A stretch of DNA of 64,000 bases from Patescibacteria group bacterium. GTDB taxonomy: Bacteria > Patescibacteriota > Microgenomatia > UBA10105 > UBA927. This document shows, piece by piece, positions 40,207 through 50,343 of the stretch. The notes under the pieces are model-generated. The model saw nothing but the letters and a program-made list of their open reading frames with translations. It had not been told where the DNA came from and searched no databases. The position numbers were made by a program, and so were the translations under genes. The stretch is taken from contig JBBTWJ010000003.1 of the NCBI GenBank assembly GCA_038062895.1, positions 27,474 to 91,473 of the forward strand, in the 5' to 3' direction. Within the stretch, counting starts at the first letter, position 1, and each line of letters begins with the position of its first letter.

Positions 40207-41732
40207 TTGATTTGATATTTCATGCCTTTCAATAACATGATGAACAACACGATACTACTTATCACCGATACCATATCTGCCAAAAATCTCATTACGGTCT
40301 CCCGGAACTCGGCTTCCACCGTGTGTTTACCGGCGGAAATTGATACTTCCATAAATCCGTTGGGATTTTCATACGTAACGGGCACAAGTTTACCATCTAT
40401 CGTGATTCCCCACCCGGGATAATAGATGTTTTGGAGACGCAAAAGACTATCTTCCAATACATCAACATGAGCTACGACCTTCTGCGTATTAAGATATTTA
40501 TAGACCACAGTCCCTCTGCCACTGTGAAAAATGATCCGTTCGGGAGCTCTATTGCCAGGTATCACACTCACCCATTTGGGCATATATTCATCCGCAACCG
40601 TGCTCGTCCCTTCATTGGTCGTATAATATCCCTCCTCCCGCATAACGAAAGAAATTTTTTGGAGTTGGTACCAGGCGGGAAGTACTAAAATAACTAGCAA
40701 TACGCCGATGATAATAACTTTTTGTCTGATAAATTTTTCTCCGACTGACGCCACTATCCACGGGGTCATGAGAGCCGCTACGGCAAGCATTCGATAAGGA
40801 AACTGTACAAGAGAAGCCACGGGATGAATCGACCAAAAAAGCGCTGACATCGGAAGGGCAAAAAATAAACTGATAGTATTAAGCACAAAGGCAACCGACG
40901 TAATCTTCTCATGTTTTTTGACTTTACCGAACAGAAAAAAAATACCGGCCAATACCCCCGCCAGCCCCGCCAACCACATGGTCCTGAACCCAAGCATATA
41001 TTCCATGGGATTGGAAACCATAACGGTATCAAAACGTACGTATTGCTTCTCCGCGATGGCGGGTACCCAAAAAAACGCAGCCAAACCCATGCCCAATAAT
41101 AGCTGCCGCAAAAAACCCCATCGTCCCAGAGTAATGATAAAAACCACAAATACTCCCAAAAACAAAAGTGCCAACGTGTTGTGGCTCACTATCAATCCTC
41201 CTACTGCGATAGCAAATAGCAATGGCTTGTGAGCGACAATGCTGTATATACCCATCGATGCGGGTAAAAACGCTAAAACTTCCCCGACAGATCCTCGCGT
41301 ATAAAGGTCATAGAGAAGATATGGGGAACCAATGAACGCAAGCGTCCCAAGGGTTGAAGCAAATACTGAATATATTCGTCGCAGAGAAGCATATATCCAG
41401 GCAGAGCCTCCGATTACAGAAGCTACGAGAATAACCTTAACGCTCGTCACAAAAGATAGACCGAAGAAATGAAGGATTGATCCGATATAAAGAAATCCCG
41501 GATATAGAAAATTTGCCACCGGATACCCATAACTATTGTTGAGTCTTCCTAAAAATCGAACCGGGAATTGTCCGTCCGCGAGGCTTTGATAAAATGCAGA
41601 CAAACGAATAACCATCCATTCACCATCGTCAGATATATAAAATCCCCGTCTCATCAAGGGCCAAAGAATACCGGCTAGTGCCGCCACAATGATGAAAATA
41701 AATAACAATGAAATCCTGCTCGTTCGTTTCAT
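40203..41732 (-). CDS. Polytopic membrane protein, GT-C-like HD..H family (divergent paralog).
   Basis: SDDGEWMVIRLSAFYQSLADGQFPVRFLGRLNNSYGYPVANFLYP. ATGA overlap with the downstream paralog. Confidence 0.45.
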   Translation of the reverse strand: MKRTSRISLLFIFIIVAALAGILWPLMRRGFYISDDGEWMVIRLSAFYQSLADGQFPVRFLGRLNNSYGYPVANFLYPGFLYIGSILHFFGLSFVTSVKVILVASVIGGSAWIYASLRRIYSVFASTLGTLAFIGSPYLLYDLYTRGSVGEVLAFLPASMGIYSIVAHKPLLFAIAVGGLIVSHNTLALLFLGVFVVFIITLGRWGFLRQLLLGMGLAAFFWVPAIAEKQYVRFDTVMVSNPMEYMLGFRTMWLAGLAGVLAGIFFLFGKVKKHEKITSVAFVLNTISLFFALPMSALFWSIHPVASLVQFPYRMLAVAALMTPWIVASVGEKFIRQKVIIIGVLLVILVLPAWYQLQKISFVMREEGYYTTNEGTSTVADEYMPKWVSVIPGNRAPERIIFHSGRGTVVYKYLNTQKVVAHVDVLEDSLLRLQNIYYPGWGITIDGKLVPVTYENPNGFMEVSISAGKHTVEAEFRETVMRFLADMVSVISSIVLFIMLLKGMKYQIK

Positions 41733-43270
41733 GGATATTTTAATGGCTTAGATGTAGAAGAATTCGTTGCGGTAAATGTTTCTATTTTATACAGCCGGAG
41801 CGTACGGTCTTTTCTCAAACCCTTCGGATAGGAAGCCACGAGCGTGAGTGGCCAACCCAGCGGAACATCTTTAGGGTCATTGGCGACTAAATAGGTGGGG
41901 TAACGTTTAGCCGACTCAACAACCTCCGGGGGTGGAGTTTCAGTGAGCGGCCATACCCCATGAATCTCAATATTTGGTTTATCCACAAGCCAAATTTCAA
42001 GTCCATATGGGAGCAGACCGAATGTTCCTTCTGTATACACAACCACCTTTCCCTTCGCGGACTCTTGAAGAATAAAGTCACGGACTTCGCTCACCCCCCA
42101 TCCCGCCGGCCAATCATTGATGTACTGACCTCGATCTGCTTGAGGAATCAATGCATGGGTCGGAGAAGTCAACAGAAGGTAATCCGTCCAGATGCTTGGC
42201 AATATAAGTACACCCAAAAGTATCAATCCAAACATAGTTTTCTTCCATCGCAAGACAAGGGAATCTATGGTAAGACAAGCGAGAACCAAAAGTGGCATCG
42301 TCATGAAAAGAATAAATCGTGGGTAAAGTATCCTCCCAAAGAGCGCGAGCGCCACAAAGGGTGCTAACCACCAAACATAGAGCAATAGCTTTTCCCTCGT
42401 ATGTTTCCAAAACGTGAATGCCGGCAATAATACAGCAATCCAAACCGGCCATGTGAGGTAATGAATAAGCCAATCAAACATGCCGCGGATGTTGCCTACA
42501 AAAAACTCCATCGGGTGCTTGATCCATTCTCCAATTGGATAAATAAATACCGCATCTTTTTGTGCCACTATATGAAATAGCGGCGAAAGCCGTAAAACGC
42601 TATACATCGCCTGCGAAATAACAGCCGCCACGCCCACGTAGATCATCCATCTGCCTAAACGCTTGAAGCGATCCGCTTGGCGCATATCAAAAAGGATGAG
42701 AGACGCCGGTATCATATAAAGACTCAAAAATCCTGACGATTTATTGAGCATCCCAAGTCCGAGCGTCATCCCCAAGATAAGCGCGGTGTCCAGCCGAATC
42801 CGCCGTACAAGATGAACGGTAAAGTAGAGACTCCAAATTGATAGCATCGCCGTGAGTGAATCATAAAGAGCCATCCGGTCATACACCAGCGCAAACGGGC
42901 TGATAAGATAGAGGATACTTGCAAAGAGGCCGATCCTGGTATTTCTAAATACTTCCCGGCCCAAAAAAAACATTCCTATAAGGCCGCCAAATCCTGCAAA
43001 AACAGAAACAAGCCTCCCCGCAAAAATAGGGTCCGCAATCAAGCGCATCAACACCATCGCGATCCATGTATAGAGTGGTTGTTTGCCGTCAACCAGAGAG
43101 ATGAAGCGCCATGCAGCGTCCCGGCTGCCAATCTGCGACCAGCGGATGTAGATGGCCTCATCAGTAAATATAGGGAGGCTGGTGAGGTTATAAACCCGTG
43201 TCAGGAAAAAAATTCCAAAGACCAACGCTCCTCCCCCGATCCACCACCAAAATGACCGTTTTGAAGCCAT
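41729..43270 (-). CDS. GT39/ArnT/PMT-like glycosyltransferase.
   Basis: LPIFTDEAIYIRW motif and polytopic profile. Confidence 0.55.
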   Translation of the reverse strand: MASKRSFWWWIGGGALVFGIFFLTRVYNLTSLPIFTDEAIYIRWSQIGSRDAAWRFISLVDGKQPLYTWIAMVLMRLIADPIFAGRLVSVFAGFGGLIGMFFLGREVFRNTRIGLFASILYLISPFALVYDRMALYDSLTAMLSIWSLYFTVHLVRRIRLDTALILGMTLGLGMLNKSSGFLSLYMIPASLILFDMRQADRFKRLGRWMIYVGVAAVISQAMYSVLRLSPLFHIVAQKDAVFIYPIGEWIKHPMEFFVGNIRGMFDWLIHYLTWPVWIAVLLPAFTFWKHTREKLLLYVWWLAPFVALALFGRILYPRFILFMTMPLLVLACLTIDSLVLRWKKTMFGLILLGVLILPSIWTDYLLLTSPTHALIPQADRGQYINDWPAGWGVSEVRDFILQESAKGKVVVYTEGTFGLLPYGLEIWLVDKPNIEIHGVWPLTETPPPEVVESAKRYPTYLVANDPKDVPLGWPLTLVASYPKGLRKDRTLRLYKIETFTATNSSTSKPLKYP

Positions 43271-43286
43271 ATGTGAACATTATATC

Positions 43287-44435
43287 CTACTTCTTCCATA
43301 CATACACCTTACCCAAGCCTAACAAAAGCAAAGGAATGCCCACGGGCACGAGAGTCACTAACCATTTGAGAATCGGAACCGGCGCATTCCAGTTGCCATA
43401 ATAGAGGTAGGGGGCATAACGAAGCAGAAGCGCAAACGAATACCAACCGGCAAACACGGTGAGCCATTTCTTGGAAGGAAGCACTGCAACAAAAGGCATG
43501 AGCCATATCCAGTACCACGGCAGCGGCTCGCGCTTCGTTAGAACGAAAAGAAATCCAACACCCATTACGACCAAAGACCACACTCTCCAATTTATGGTTT
43601 TGCGATGTCCAACAAAAAAAATGGGAAGAAGGGTCACCGTCATGAGCTTCACGGCCACAGACAAGCACAACATCAGCCACGATGCAACGCGCTTTTTTTC
43701 AAGAAATAAAACAATAGCCCACACCGAAAAAGCCATCATGGCAATATCGTTATGTGCACTTACCAGGCTTTCAATAATGACCAAAGGGTTGAGCGCAAAG
43801 ACAGCGGTTCCAAAAACCGCAAGCTTAGGCTCTACCCGCTCCAGTATCCTTTCTACTCCCTTTACTGCGCAAATATAAAAGAAAGCAACCAATATCTTGA
43901 GATTCCATACGATCAAAAGAAATTTCCCAAAACCCAATAGGTAGGCCGGGAGAGTGAAAACAATCCAAATAGGCGTATATGCGCTTGGCAGATGGGTCCA
44001 ACGCATGACGGAAATCAACGGATCAATACCGGCAAATTGCAATGGAATAACCTCGTATGGGTTTTTGTGATATACAAGCACAGTTTTTGCCGTAAATACA
44101 TAGTTAAACAGGTCATAGGAGAATGCTGGGTAGGAAAATACCAATAAAACAGTTACAATACATATAATTTTCCAAAGATTTTTGGCCGGCAATAAACCTT
44201 TGTCTGTCACCCGAAGCGCTAATGCGTAAAGGATGAACCAAAAACCGATAATTCCCACAAATAACGAGGTCGAGAAAGGGCGTTGATAATACCCTATATG
44301 TTGAAAGGTCTCCTGAATTGTCTGAAGTAATCCTGCAGAAGACAACGTGAGGCTTAAGTCTACCTGGGTATAGGAATAAAAAAACAGAACAATTGAGGCT
44401 ATGACATAACCGAACAGTAAAATTGAAAATTTCAT
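43287..44435 (-). CDS. DUF2029/GT87-like polytopic membrane protein (paralog of 4636..5748).
   Basis: SYDLFNYVFTAKTVLVYHKNPYE block shared with the 4.6-kb paralog. Start refined to MKFSILLFGYV (track 44540), giving an ATGA overlap with the GtrB-like gene. Confidence 0.45.
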   Translation of the reverse strand: MKFSILLFGYVIASIVLFFYSYTQVDLSLTLSSAGLLQTIQETFQHIGYYQRPFSTSLFVGIIGFWFILYALALRVTDKGLLPAKNLWKIICIVTVLLVFSYPAFSYDLFNYVFTAKTVLVYHKNPYEVIPLQFAGIDPLISVMRWTHLPSAYTPIWIVFTLPAYLLGFGKFLLIVWNLKILVAFFYICAVKGVERILERVEPKLAVFGTAVFALNPLVIIESLVSAHNDIAMMAFSVWAIVLFLEKKRVASWLMLCLSVAVKLMTVTLLPIFFVGHRKTINWRVWSLVVMGVGFLFVLTKREPLPWYWIWLMPFVAVLPSKKWLTVFAGWYSFALLLRYAPYLYYGNWNAPVPILKWLVTLVPVGIPLLLLGLGKVYVWKK

Positions 44436-45184
44436 TGATATATTCCTCTCCATGCATTCATACGAATTTTTAGGATGTCCATAAGCCCCTGCCATGAATC
44501 TTTGATCGGACTGACGCGCCGGGTTTCCACATAATGCCACTCGACTGAAACCTCTTTTATATGAAAACCGAGCTGTTTTGCAACAAACAACATTTCTATA
44601 TCAAATCCGGCGGTGACCATAGAACCCTGGACGACGTGATTGTTTCCATAGAGTTTGAGCCGGCCAAAAATTTTCCGTACCACAGCATGACGAAACGCTT
44701 TAAATCCACATTGCGTGTCCGTAATGCCATGAAGTCCCAAAACAATTGACCGAAGCCACATAAATCCCCTTGCCATGGCAATCCGCGTAAGCGGGGCTCC
44801 CTCGCGCCTTTTACTCCTCGAGCCAATTACCACATCAAAACCTTTATCAAACCAGGGAAATAATTTTTCCACTTCGCCAATAGGAGTAGCCTGATCCAAA
44901 TCAGTAAAAAGCACAATATCTCCCCGGGCTTCTAAACTACCGGTAACAACCGTCGCCGCCTTACCCTGGTGCGGATTATGCATGACACGAAACCCGGAAG
45001 TTGCATGCGCATATTCATCCAAAAGTTTAGATGTTTCATCAGTAGAGCCATCATCGACAAGGATAACTTCCCAGCTATACTTGCGGCTTTCCATGAAGCG
45101 GGACACCTTATCAAGAGCTCCTAAACGAATATTGGTTTCCTCGTTATACGCAGGAATTACTATAGACAAAAAGGGACTTGCCAT
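44432..45184 (-). CDS. GT2 polyprenyl-phosphate sugar synthase (GtrB/Dpm1-like).
   Basis: LSIVIPAYNEETNI...ILVDDGSTDET...DLDQATP...DTQCGFKAF. Confidence 0.7.
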   Translation of the reverse strand: MASPFLSIVIPAYNEETNIRLGALDKVSRFMESRKYSWEVILVDDGSTDETSKLLDEYAHATSGFRVMHNPHQGKAATVVTGSLEARGDIVLFTDLDQATPIGEVEKLFPWFDKGFDVVIGSRSKRREGAPLTRIAMARGFMWLRSIVLGLHGITDTQCGFKAFRHAVVRKIFGRLKLYGNNHVVQGSMVTAGFDIEMLFVAKQLGFHIKEVSVEWHYVETRRVSPIKDSWQGLMDILKIRMNAWRGIYQ

Positions 45185-45186
45185 GT

Positions 45187-46761
45187 TTATAAGTGTACCA
45201 GTTTGTGAATCGTCACGAACGACGTCTGCCAGCTACCGGAGATCGTGGCAGTCCCGAAGCCTGCAATTTCCCAAAGAGGGTGACCGAGCGGCTTACAATC
45301 AGGAATCTCGCAAATAACAATGAGCTGGTCAGTCACGGTTTTTCTCTGCGGATCTTTAAATTCAGCTTCTATGGTAACCGGTGGACTTCCCCAAATTTCA
45401 AAAAAATAACGGTACACATGATCGGAGTTACCCTGCGTAACCAGGGCGAAATTAAACGGCCTTCCCTCCGTTTTATCGATTGCTTCTTTGGCAATGGCCC
45501 TGGCTTGTGCGAGTTGATTGTTCGGCGCATACTGAAACGGCTGACCCTGCCAATTCCACCATAGTAAAAAAACGGTTATGCCCATCGAAACTGCCGTCCC
45601 GATAAAACGAATTTGCTTCAGGCGATACAAAATGAGCCCTGTCACCAAAAATGGCAACGCGAACCAAATTCCGAAATAGTAATCATAAATCGCTCGTTTA
45701 TAAAACCCAAATAATACGGTAACTGCAATGCCCCAAAGTAACAGGAGTAATGACGACTGTCTCCACCTTGAATTATGACCCCTCCAGAGAGCTCCCCAGA
45801 CTAACAGAATCAGGCCCGTCGCGATGATTCCGACTATTCCCCAATGCCAAACTCCCTGCTGCCAACCCGGAATATCCGACCAGATTTCCGGCTGCGGAAA
45901 ACGCAATACGAGTCGTCCGACGAGTCGATATAATACTTCTTTGGCTATGTTTGAGTATTTCTCGCCGTCCAGTCCTGTATCTTTTCCCGCAAGGACAAAT
46001 CGCATGATCGACTGCGTATTGGGAAACCCATGGCGCAACTCAAACAGGAGAAACGGTGCATATCCTATCACAAACCCTATAACAGAAACCGCCAAACTTC
46101 GAATCTTCATCCCCACTTTACCCTGAACAATAAGCCAAAGGGCAGCAACCGGAAAAAGGAACAAAAAAAGATAATGCAGCTGAAGACCAATACCCATAGA
46201 TACTCCAACCCAAAAGACATTTCGCAGCCTCCCGTCGTTGGTGTTCTTCCATAAAAGATATATGGTCAAAAGAGAAAAAAACGGGACGATGTTGGGATTC
46301 CACGATGACCTTGAGTATGCAATCACGACGGGCGACAACGCATACAGCGCGCTCGCTGTAATTCCTACCCACGGATGAAACATATCCCGACCCGATCGAT
46401 AGACGAGGTATACGGTTGCCACGCCGAATAAGGCAACCATCACTGCCGGACCTGTGGGATCAAGTCTCCATGCCCAAAGAAAAGGCATCATGAAATAATA
46501 GTAGATAGGTCCCAAAAAAAATCCGCCCACGGAGGCCGTCGGCCCCAATAAGGTCCATTTATGGTCAACAATCATCTGCTTCACCACTAATACATCGCGC
46601 CCTTCATCTCCTAAAAACGTCATATAGCCGGAAATGTTGTGGAGACGTAGATAAGCAGCTACGAAAAGAATAACTACTATCAGCCATTCAGACCAAGGAA
46701 CATTCTGAAACTTTTGACTTATTTTTTCCATATCACTTTTGAATACATGGTGTAATTCCAA
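45187..46761 (-). CDS. GT39/PMT-like glycosyltransferase.
   Basis: FLGDEGRDVLVVKQM motif and polytopic profile. Confidence 0.55.
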   Translation of the reverse strand: MELHHVFKSDMEKISQKFQNVPWSEWLIVVILFVAAYLRLHNISGYMTFLGDEGRDVLVVKQMIVDHKWTLLGPTASVGGFFLGPIYYYFMMPFLWAWRLDPTGPAVMVALFGVATVYLVYRSGRDMFHPWVGITASALYALSPVVIAYSRSSWNPNIVPFFSLLTIYLLWKNTNDGRLRNVFWVGVSMGIGLQLHYLFLFLFPVAALWLIVQGKVGMKIRSLAVSVIGFVIGYAPFLLFELRHGFPNTQSIMRFVLAGKDTGLDGEKYSNIAKEVLYRLVGRLVLRFPQPEIWSDIPGWQQGVWHWGIVGIIATGLILLVWGALWRGHNSRWRQSSLLLLLWGIAVTVLFGFYKRAIYDYYFGIWFALPFLVTGLILYRLKQIRFIGTAVSMGITVFLLWWNWQGQPFQYAPNNQLAQARAIAKEAIDKTEGRPFNFALVTQGNSDHVYRYFFEIWGSPPVTIEAEFKDPQRKTVTDQLIVICEIPDCKPLGHPLWEIAGFGTATISGSWQTSFVTIHKLVHL

Positions 46762-47828
46762 AGGAGACCGATTCCTACACCTAAGATATAAAACCAGCGA
46801 TAAACAGAAACCCCAAAAACCATGGATCCTATCCAGACGGTTCCTGACTGTATGAGTACGGCGCCCAGAGAGGTTGTGTTAAATTGCAGAAATTTTGCGA
46901 TCGCATCAAATCCACGGACTTTACGTGTCCCGAATGTCCAGGAATTATTCAGAATAAAATTAGAAATGATGGCAAGTTCTGCTCCTAAACCGCTCCCAAT
47001 AGCAGGATGGAATCCATTGTGAACGAAAACCTCTAATATAAATGTATTAATGATAAAACCGAGACTACCGACTACGAGAAATTTACCAAACGATCCCGTG
47101 ACTATTTGCTTCACGCGTTGCTCAATGACATACTGCAGCACGTCACGAATATATTGAGATGGTGCTATCTTAGAATGTCCAAACTTTCTATCCGTGAAGC
47201 GAATCGGAACCTCTATAATTTTTGCGCCACGCAGTATCGATTTGTGAAGATATGCGATTTGAAATACATATCCCTGGTATTTGGATAATTCCGTACGGCT
47301 ATATCGAGCAAATTTTTCTGTATATGCCCGATACCCGCCCGTCCAATCATGGACGTTGGTAAATCCCAAACCAAACCGTACAATTCCATTACCGACAATA
47401 CTAAACAATTTCCGGTGTATGCCCCAATTTTCAGGAATTGATCCACCATCTATGTAACGGCTACCAACGGCAAAATCCCCACCTTTATCCAACGCAGTCA
47501 TAAAGAGCGGAAGTGATGTAGGATCATGGGATAAATCTGCATCCATCTGAACGATAATCTCTGCATACAAAACATCAAGTGCGTAAGCGATCCCATAAAG
47601 AAGTGCGCTGCCTAATCCTTCCTTTTCTTTTGTCAGAAGGATCACGTTAGGATGTCTTCTTCTATACTGATGAACCACTTCTGACGTGCCATCCGGAGAT
47701 TTATCATCAACAACAAGAATCGTGAGCTTATGCCCGGAAACGTTGCGCCATGCGTCAAAAATGCCATCCAAGAGGGTTTTGATATTTTCCCGCTCGTTAT
47801 ACGTCGGGAGTATGACGACGGTGTTCAT
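46719..47828 (-). CDS. Polyprenol-phosphate sugar synthase (Dpm1/Ppm1-like GT2) fused to a C-terminal GtrA-like membrane domain.
   Basis: VVILPTYNERENI...VVDDKSPDGT...QMDADLSHDP. The C-terminal ~110 aa carries GtrA-like TM helices. Start refined to MNTVV (track 47954). Confidence 0.65.
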   Translation of the reverse strand: MNTVVILPTYNERENIKTLLDGIFDAWRNVSGHKLTILVVDDKSPDGTSEVVHQYRRRHPNVILLTKEKEGLGSALLYGIAYALDVLYAEIIVQMDADLSHDPTSLPLFMTALDKGGDFAVGSRYIDGGSIPENWGIHRKLFSIVGNGIVRFGLGFTNVHDWTGGYRAYTEKFARYSRTELSKYQGYVFQIAYLHKSILRGAKIIEVPIRFTDRKFGHSKIAPSQYIRDVLQYVIEQRVKQIVTGSFGKFLVVGSLGFIINTFILEVFVHNGFHPAIGSGLGAELAIISNFILNNSWTFGTRKVRGFDAIAKFLQFNTTSLGAVLIQSGTVWIGSMVFGVSVYRWFYILGVGIGLLWNYTMYSKVIWKK

Positions 47829-47835
47829 GGGGTTA

Positions 47836-48795
47836 TTATACCCGTTCACGCCAGTAGTTGAGAAGATCCTCCATAGTTTTCTCAAAGGATATTTCCGGCT
47901 TCCAACCGGTCTTCTGGACAAATTTAGTATTATCACCGATAAGAACCGGCACATCGGATGGCCGCATGCGGGAAGGGTCTTCTTTCATTTCCACCTTCAC
48001 TTGAGAATAAGAAAGTAAAAGCTTGAGCATATCCGCCACCTTCACGGCTTTACCCGTGCAGATGTTATACACCTCACCGGCATCACATTTCTCTACCGCC
48101 ATTAAATACCCACGCACCATATCACGCACATCCGTCCAGTCACGCTGCGAATCCAAATTGCCCACCTGAATGATCGGCTCTTGTTTGCCTTTTTCAATCA
48201 TCGCGACTTGCTTAGCAAAATTACTCGTCACAAATGTCTCTCCCCGCCTGGGACCGGTATGATTGAATCCGCGCGTCCTGATAATCTTTAATCCGTAGGA
48301 CCGGTGATACTGATACCCTAAATAATCCATGGCAACTTTCGATACCGCATACGGCGAGAGAGGCCGAAGCGGATTGGTTTCCTTAATCGGAATCTCATCG
48401 GGGAGCACAAGTCCATATTCCTCCGACGAACAAGCGATTTGTATCACAGGGTTAATCCCCACCTGACGGACAGCCTCAAATATATTGGCTGAACCGACGA
48501 TATTGACTTCAAGCGTCACAGAGGGCGACACCCATGAGGTGGGCACAAATGATTGTGCTGCCAGATGGAAAATATAATCAGGCTTAATGCGGGCGATTGT
48601 CGAATAAAGACTATGTGAATCTAAAAGATCGGCGTCTTCAAGATGAATTTTGGATTTAATTAACTCGATATGGTCTGTTTTACTTCTTGGCCGGCACAAT
48701 CCGTAGACTTCGTATCCTTGTTGTTGCAACAACAACTCTGCTAAATGACTGCCGGCAAATCCGGCTATTCCCGTAATAAGTGCTTTTTTTGTCAT
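47836..48795 (-). CDS. NAD-dependent sugar-nucleotide epimerase/dehydratase family protein, Rmd-like (GDP-4-keto-6-deoxy-D-mannose reductase type).
   Basis: ALITGIAGFAGSHLAELLL Rossmann motif and YxxxK (PYAVSK). Start refined to MTKKALITG, preceded by GGAGG. The Rmd-versus-other-reductase call is uncertain. Confidence 0.6.
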   Translation of the reverse strand: MTKKALITGIAGFAGSHLAELLLQQQGYEVYGLCRPRSKTDHIELIKSKIHLEDADLLDSHSLYSTIARIKPDYIFHLAAQSFVPTSWVSPSVTLEVNIVGSANIFEAVRQVGINPVIQIACSSEEYGLVLPDEIPIKETNPLRPLSPYAVSKVAMDYLGYQYHRSYGLKIIRTRGFNHTGPRRGETFVTSNFAKQVAMIEKGKQEPIIQVGNLDSQRDWTDVRDMVRGYLMAVEKCDAGEVYNICTGKAVKVADMLKLLLSYSQVKVEMKEDPSRMRPSDVPVLIGDNTKFVQKTGWKPEISFEKTMEDLLNYWRERV

Positions 48796-48878
48796 ATATC
48801 CTCCCTTTGCCCGCCTAAGACCGCTCTTTGCATCGTGTACGAATAGTACTGAAAAGATGCAAAGCAAAGTCAGGAGGG

Positions 48879-50177
48879 TTACATTCGCCCTACACCATAA
48901 TACACGAATCCTAATTGTTTGACACGATAGGGATCATAAATGTTGCGCCCATCAAAGAGCACGCGCTCTTTGAGCCCTTTGGCTAATTTGACCAAATCCA
49001 ACTGTCGAAATTCGTTCCATTCGGTAACGACAATCACCGCGTCTGCTCCCAAGACTGCCTCATAAGCGTCCTTCGCATAATAAATTCCAACTGGAAGCAC
49101 TTTCCTCGCATTTGCCACCGAAACAGGATCGTATGCCCGAATACCCGCTCCTTGCGCAATAAGACTGCTAATGATACTCACCGATGGGGCCTCCCGCATA
49201 TCATCGGTATCCGGTTTAAATGAAAGCCCTAAAACTGCAAGCGTTTTCCCTTTCAGATCCCCGTGAAAATGTTGTGTAATCTTTTTGACAAATCGACTTC
49301 CTGCTTCTTTATTCACGTCTTCGACAGCTTTAAGGATTAAAAAATTGTACCCGTAATGAGCGGCTATGGCAATAAGCGCTTTTACATCCTTAGGAAAACA
49401 ACTACCGCCGTATCCTACTCCTGTATAGAGAAAACTTCTCCCGAGACGTTTATCAAGTCCTACTCCATCAAGCACTTTCTCGGCATCAGCGCCGACTTTC
49501 TCGGAGAGAAATGCGATGGCATTGGCAAAAGAAATTTTGGTTGCCAGAAGAGAATTGGAGGCATATTTAATAAGCTCGGCGGTCTCCGGATTACAAAGCA
49601 CCGTCTTACCGTCAATCGATTTATGAAGCTCAAGAAGAAGTTCCTCCGCGCGCTTGGATGTCGTCCCTATGACCACGCGGTCCGGATGAAGTGTATCGTT
49701 TATCGCCGTGCCTTCCCGTAAAAATTCAGGAACGGAAGCAATCGCAAATGATGCACTCCCTGTTTTTGTGCGTTCGAGAATTTCGGAGACTTTTTTATTG
49801 GTCCCGGGCGGCACCGTGCTTTTTGTCACGACCACCTTATAACCCACAAGCGACTTTCCAACGCTTTCTGCAGCAGCGAAAACGCTCGTCAAGTCTGCCT
49901 CACCAGACGGCTTGGGCGGCGTACCGACACAGATGAAGATAATCTCTGAAGGGGTAACCGCATCGTTGTAATCCAATGTAAATCGAAGCCGGCCAGCGAC
50001 AACGTTCCTTTTCACTAACTCCTCGAGTCCCGGTTCATAAAACGGTGCTTTCCCTTTTTTCAAACTCTCAATTTTTTCCTTTGTTCGACCTACGACCCAG
50101 ACGGAATTGCCCAGATCCGCAAATACCGCAGCGGTTACGAGTCCCACATAGCCATGGCCAATAAATGTAATTGTCAT
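48879..50177 (-). CDS. ugd: UDP-glucose 6-dehydrogenase.
   Basis: MTITFIGHGYVGLVTAAVFADLGN dinucleotide-binding motif and the catalytic GGSCFPKDV cysteine motif. The start ATG lies inside the left arm of palindromic element 1. Confidence 0.8.
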   Translation of the reverse strand: MTITFIGHGYVGLVTAAVFADLGNSVWVVGRTKEKIESLKKGKAPFYEPGLEELVKRNVVAGRLRFTLDYNDAVTPSEIIFICVGTPPKPSGEADLTSVFAAAESVGKSLVGYKVVVTKSTVPPGTNKKVSEILERTKTGSASFAIASVPEFLREGTAINDTLHPDRVVIGTTSKRAEELLLELHKSIDGKTVLCNPETAELIKYASNSLLATKISFANAIAFLSEKVGADAEKVLDGVGLDKRLGRSFLYTGVGYGGSCFPKDVKALIAIAAHYGYNFLILKAVEDVNKEAGSRFVKKITQHFHGDLKGKTLAVLGLSFKPDTDDMREAPSVSIISSLIAQGAGIRAYDPVSVANARKVLPVGIYYAKDAYEAVLGADAVIVVTEWNEFRQLDLVKLAKGLKERVLFDGRNIYDPYRVKQLGFVYYGVGRM

Positions 50178-50311
50178 ACCAAGTAGTGAAATTTCGCTGT
50201 TTGTGGTCAAGCCACAAACTTATACTATTTATCCCAACATAACTATCTCCCTCCAGATAGCATCTGCCTACCATGCGTCTCCGCATAAGCGAAATTCTAC
50301 TACCTGGTCAT
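50175..50311. repeat. Intergenic palindromic element copy 1 (137 bp). Arms are CATACCAAGTAGTGAAATTTCGC and GCGAAATTCTACTACCTGGTCAT, around a spacer with two hairpins. It sits between the rmlD stop and the ugd start.
   Basis: The arms are inverted repeats of each other, 17 of 19 nt. Spacer hairpins: atgcg-gaga-cgcat and gtttgtgg-cttga-ccacaaac. Confidence 0.75.
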
Positions 50312-50343
50312 AGAAAAAAAGATGACGCACTTTTCCGCGTCGC

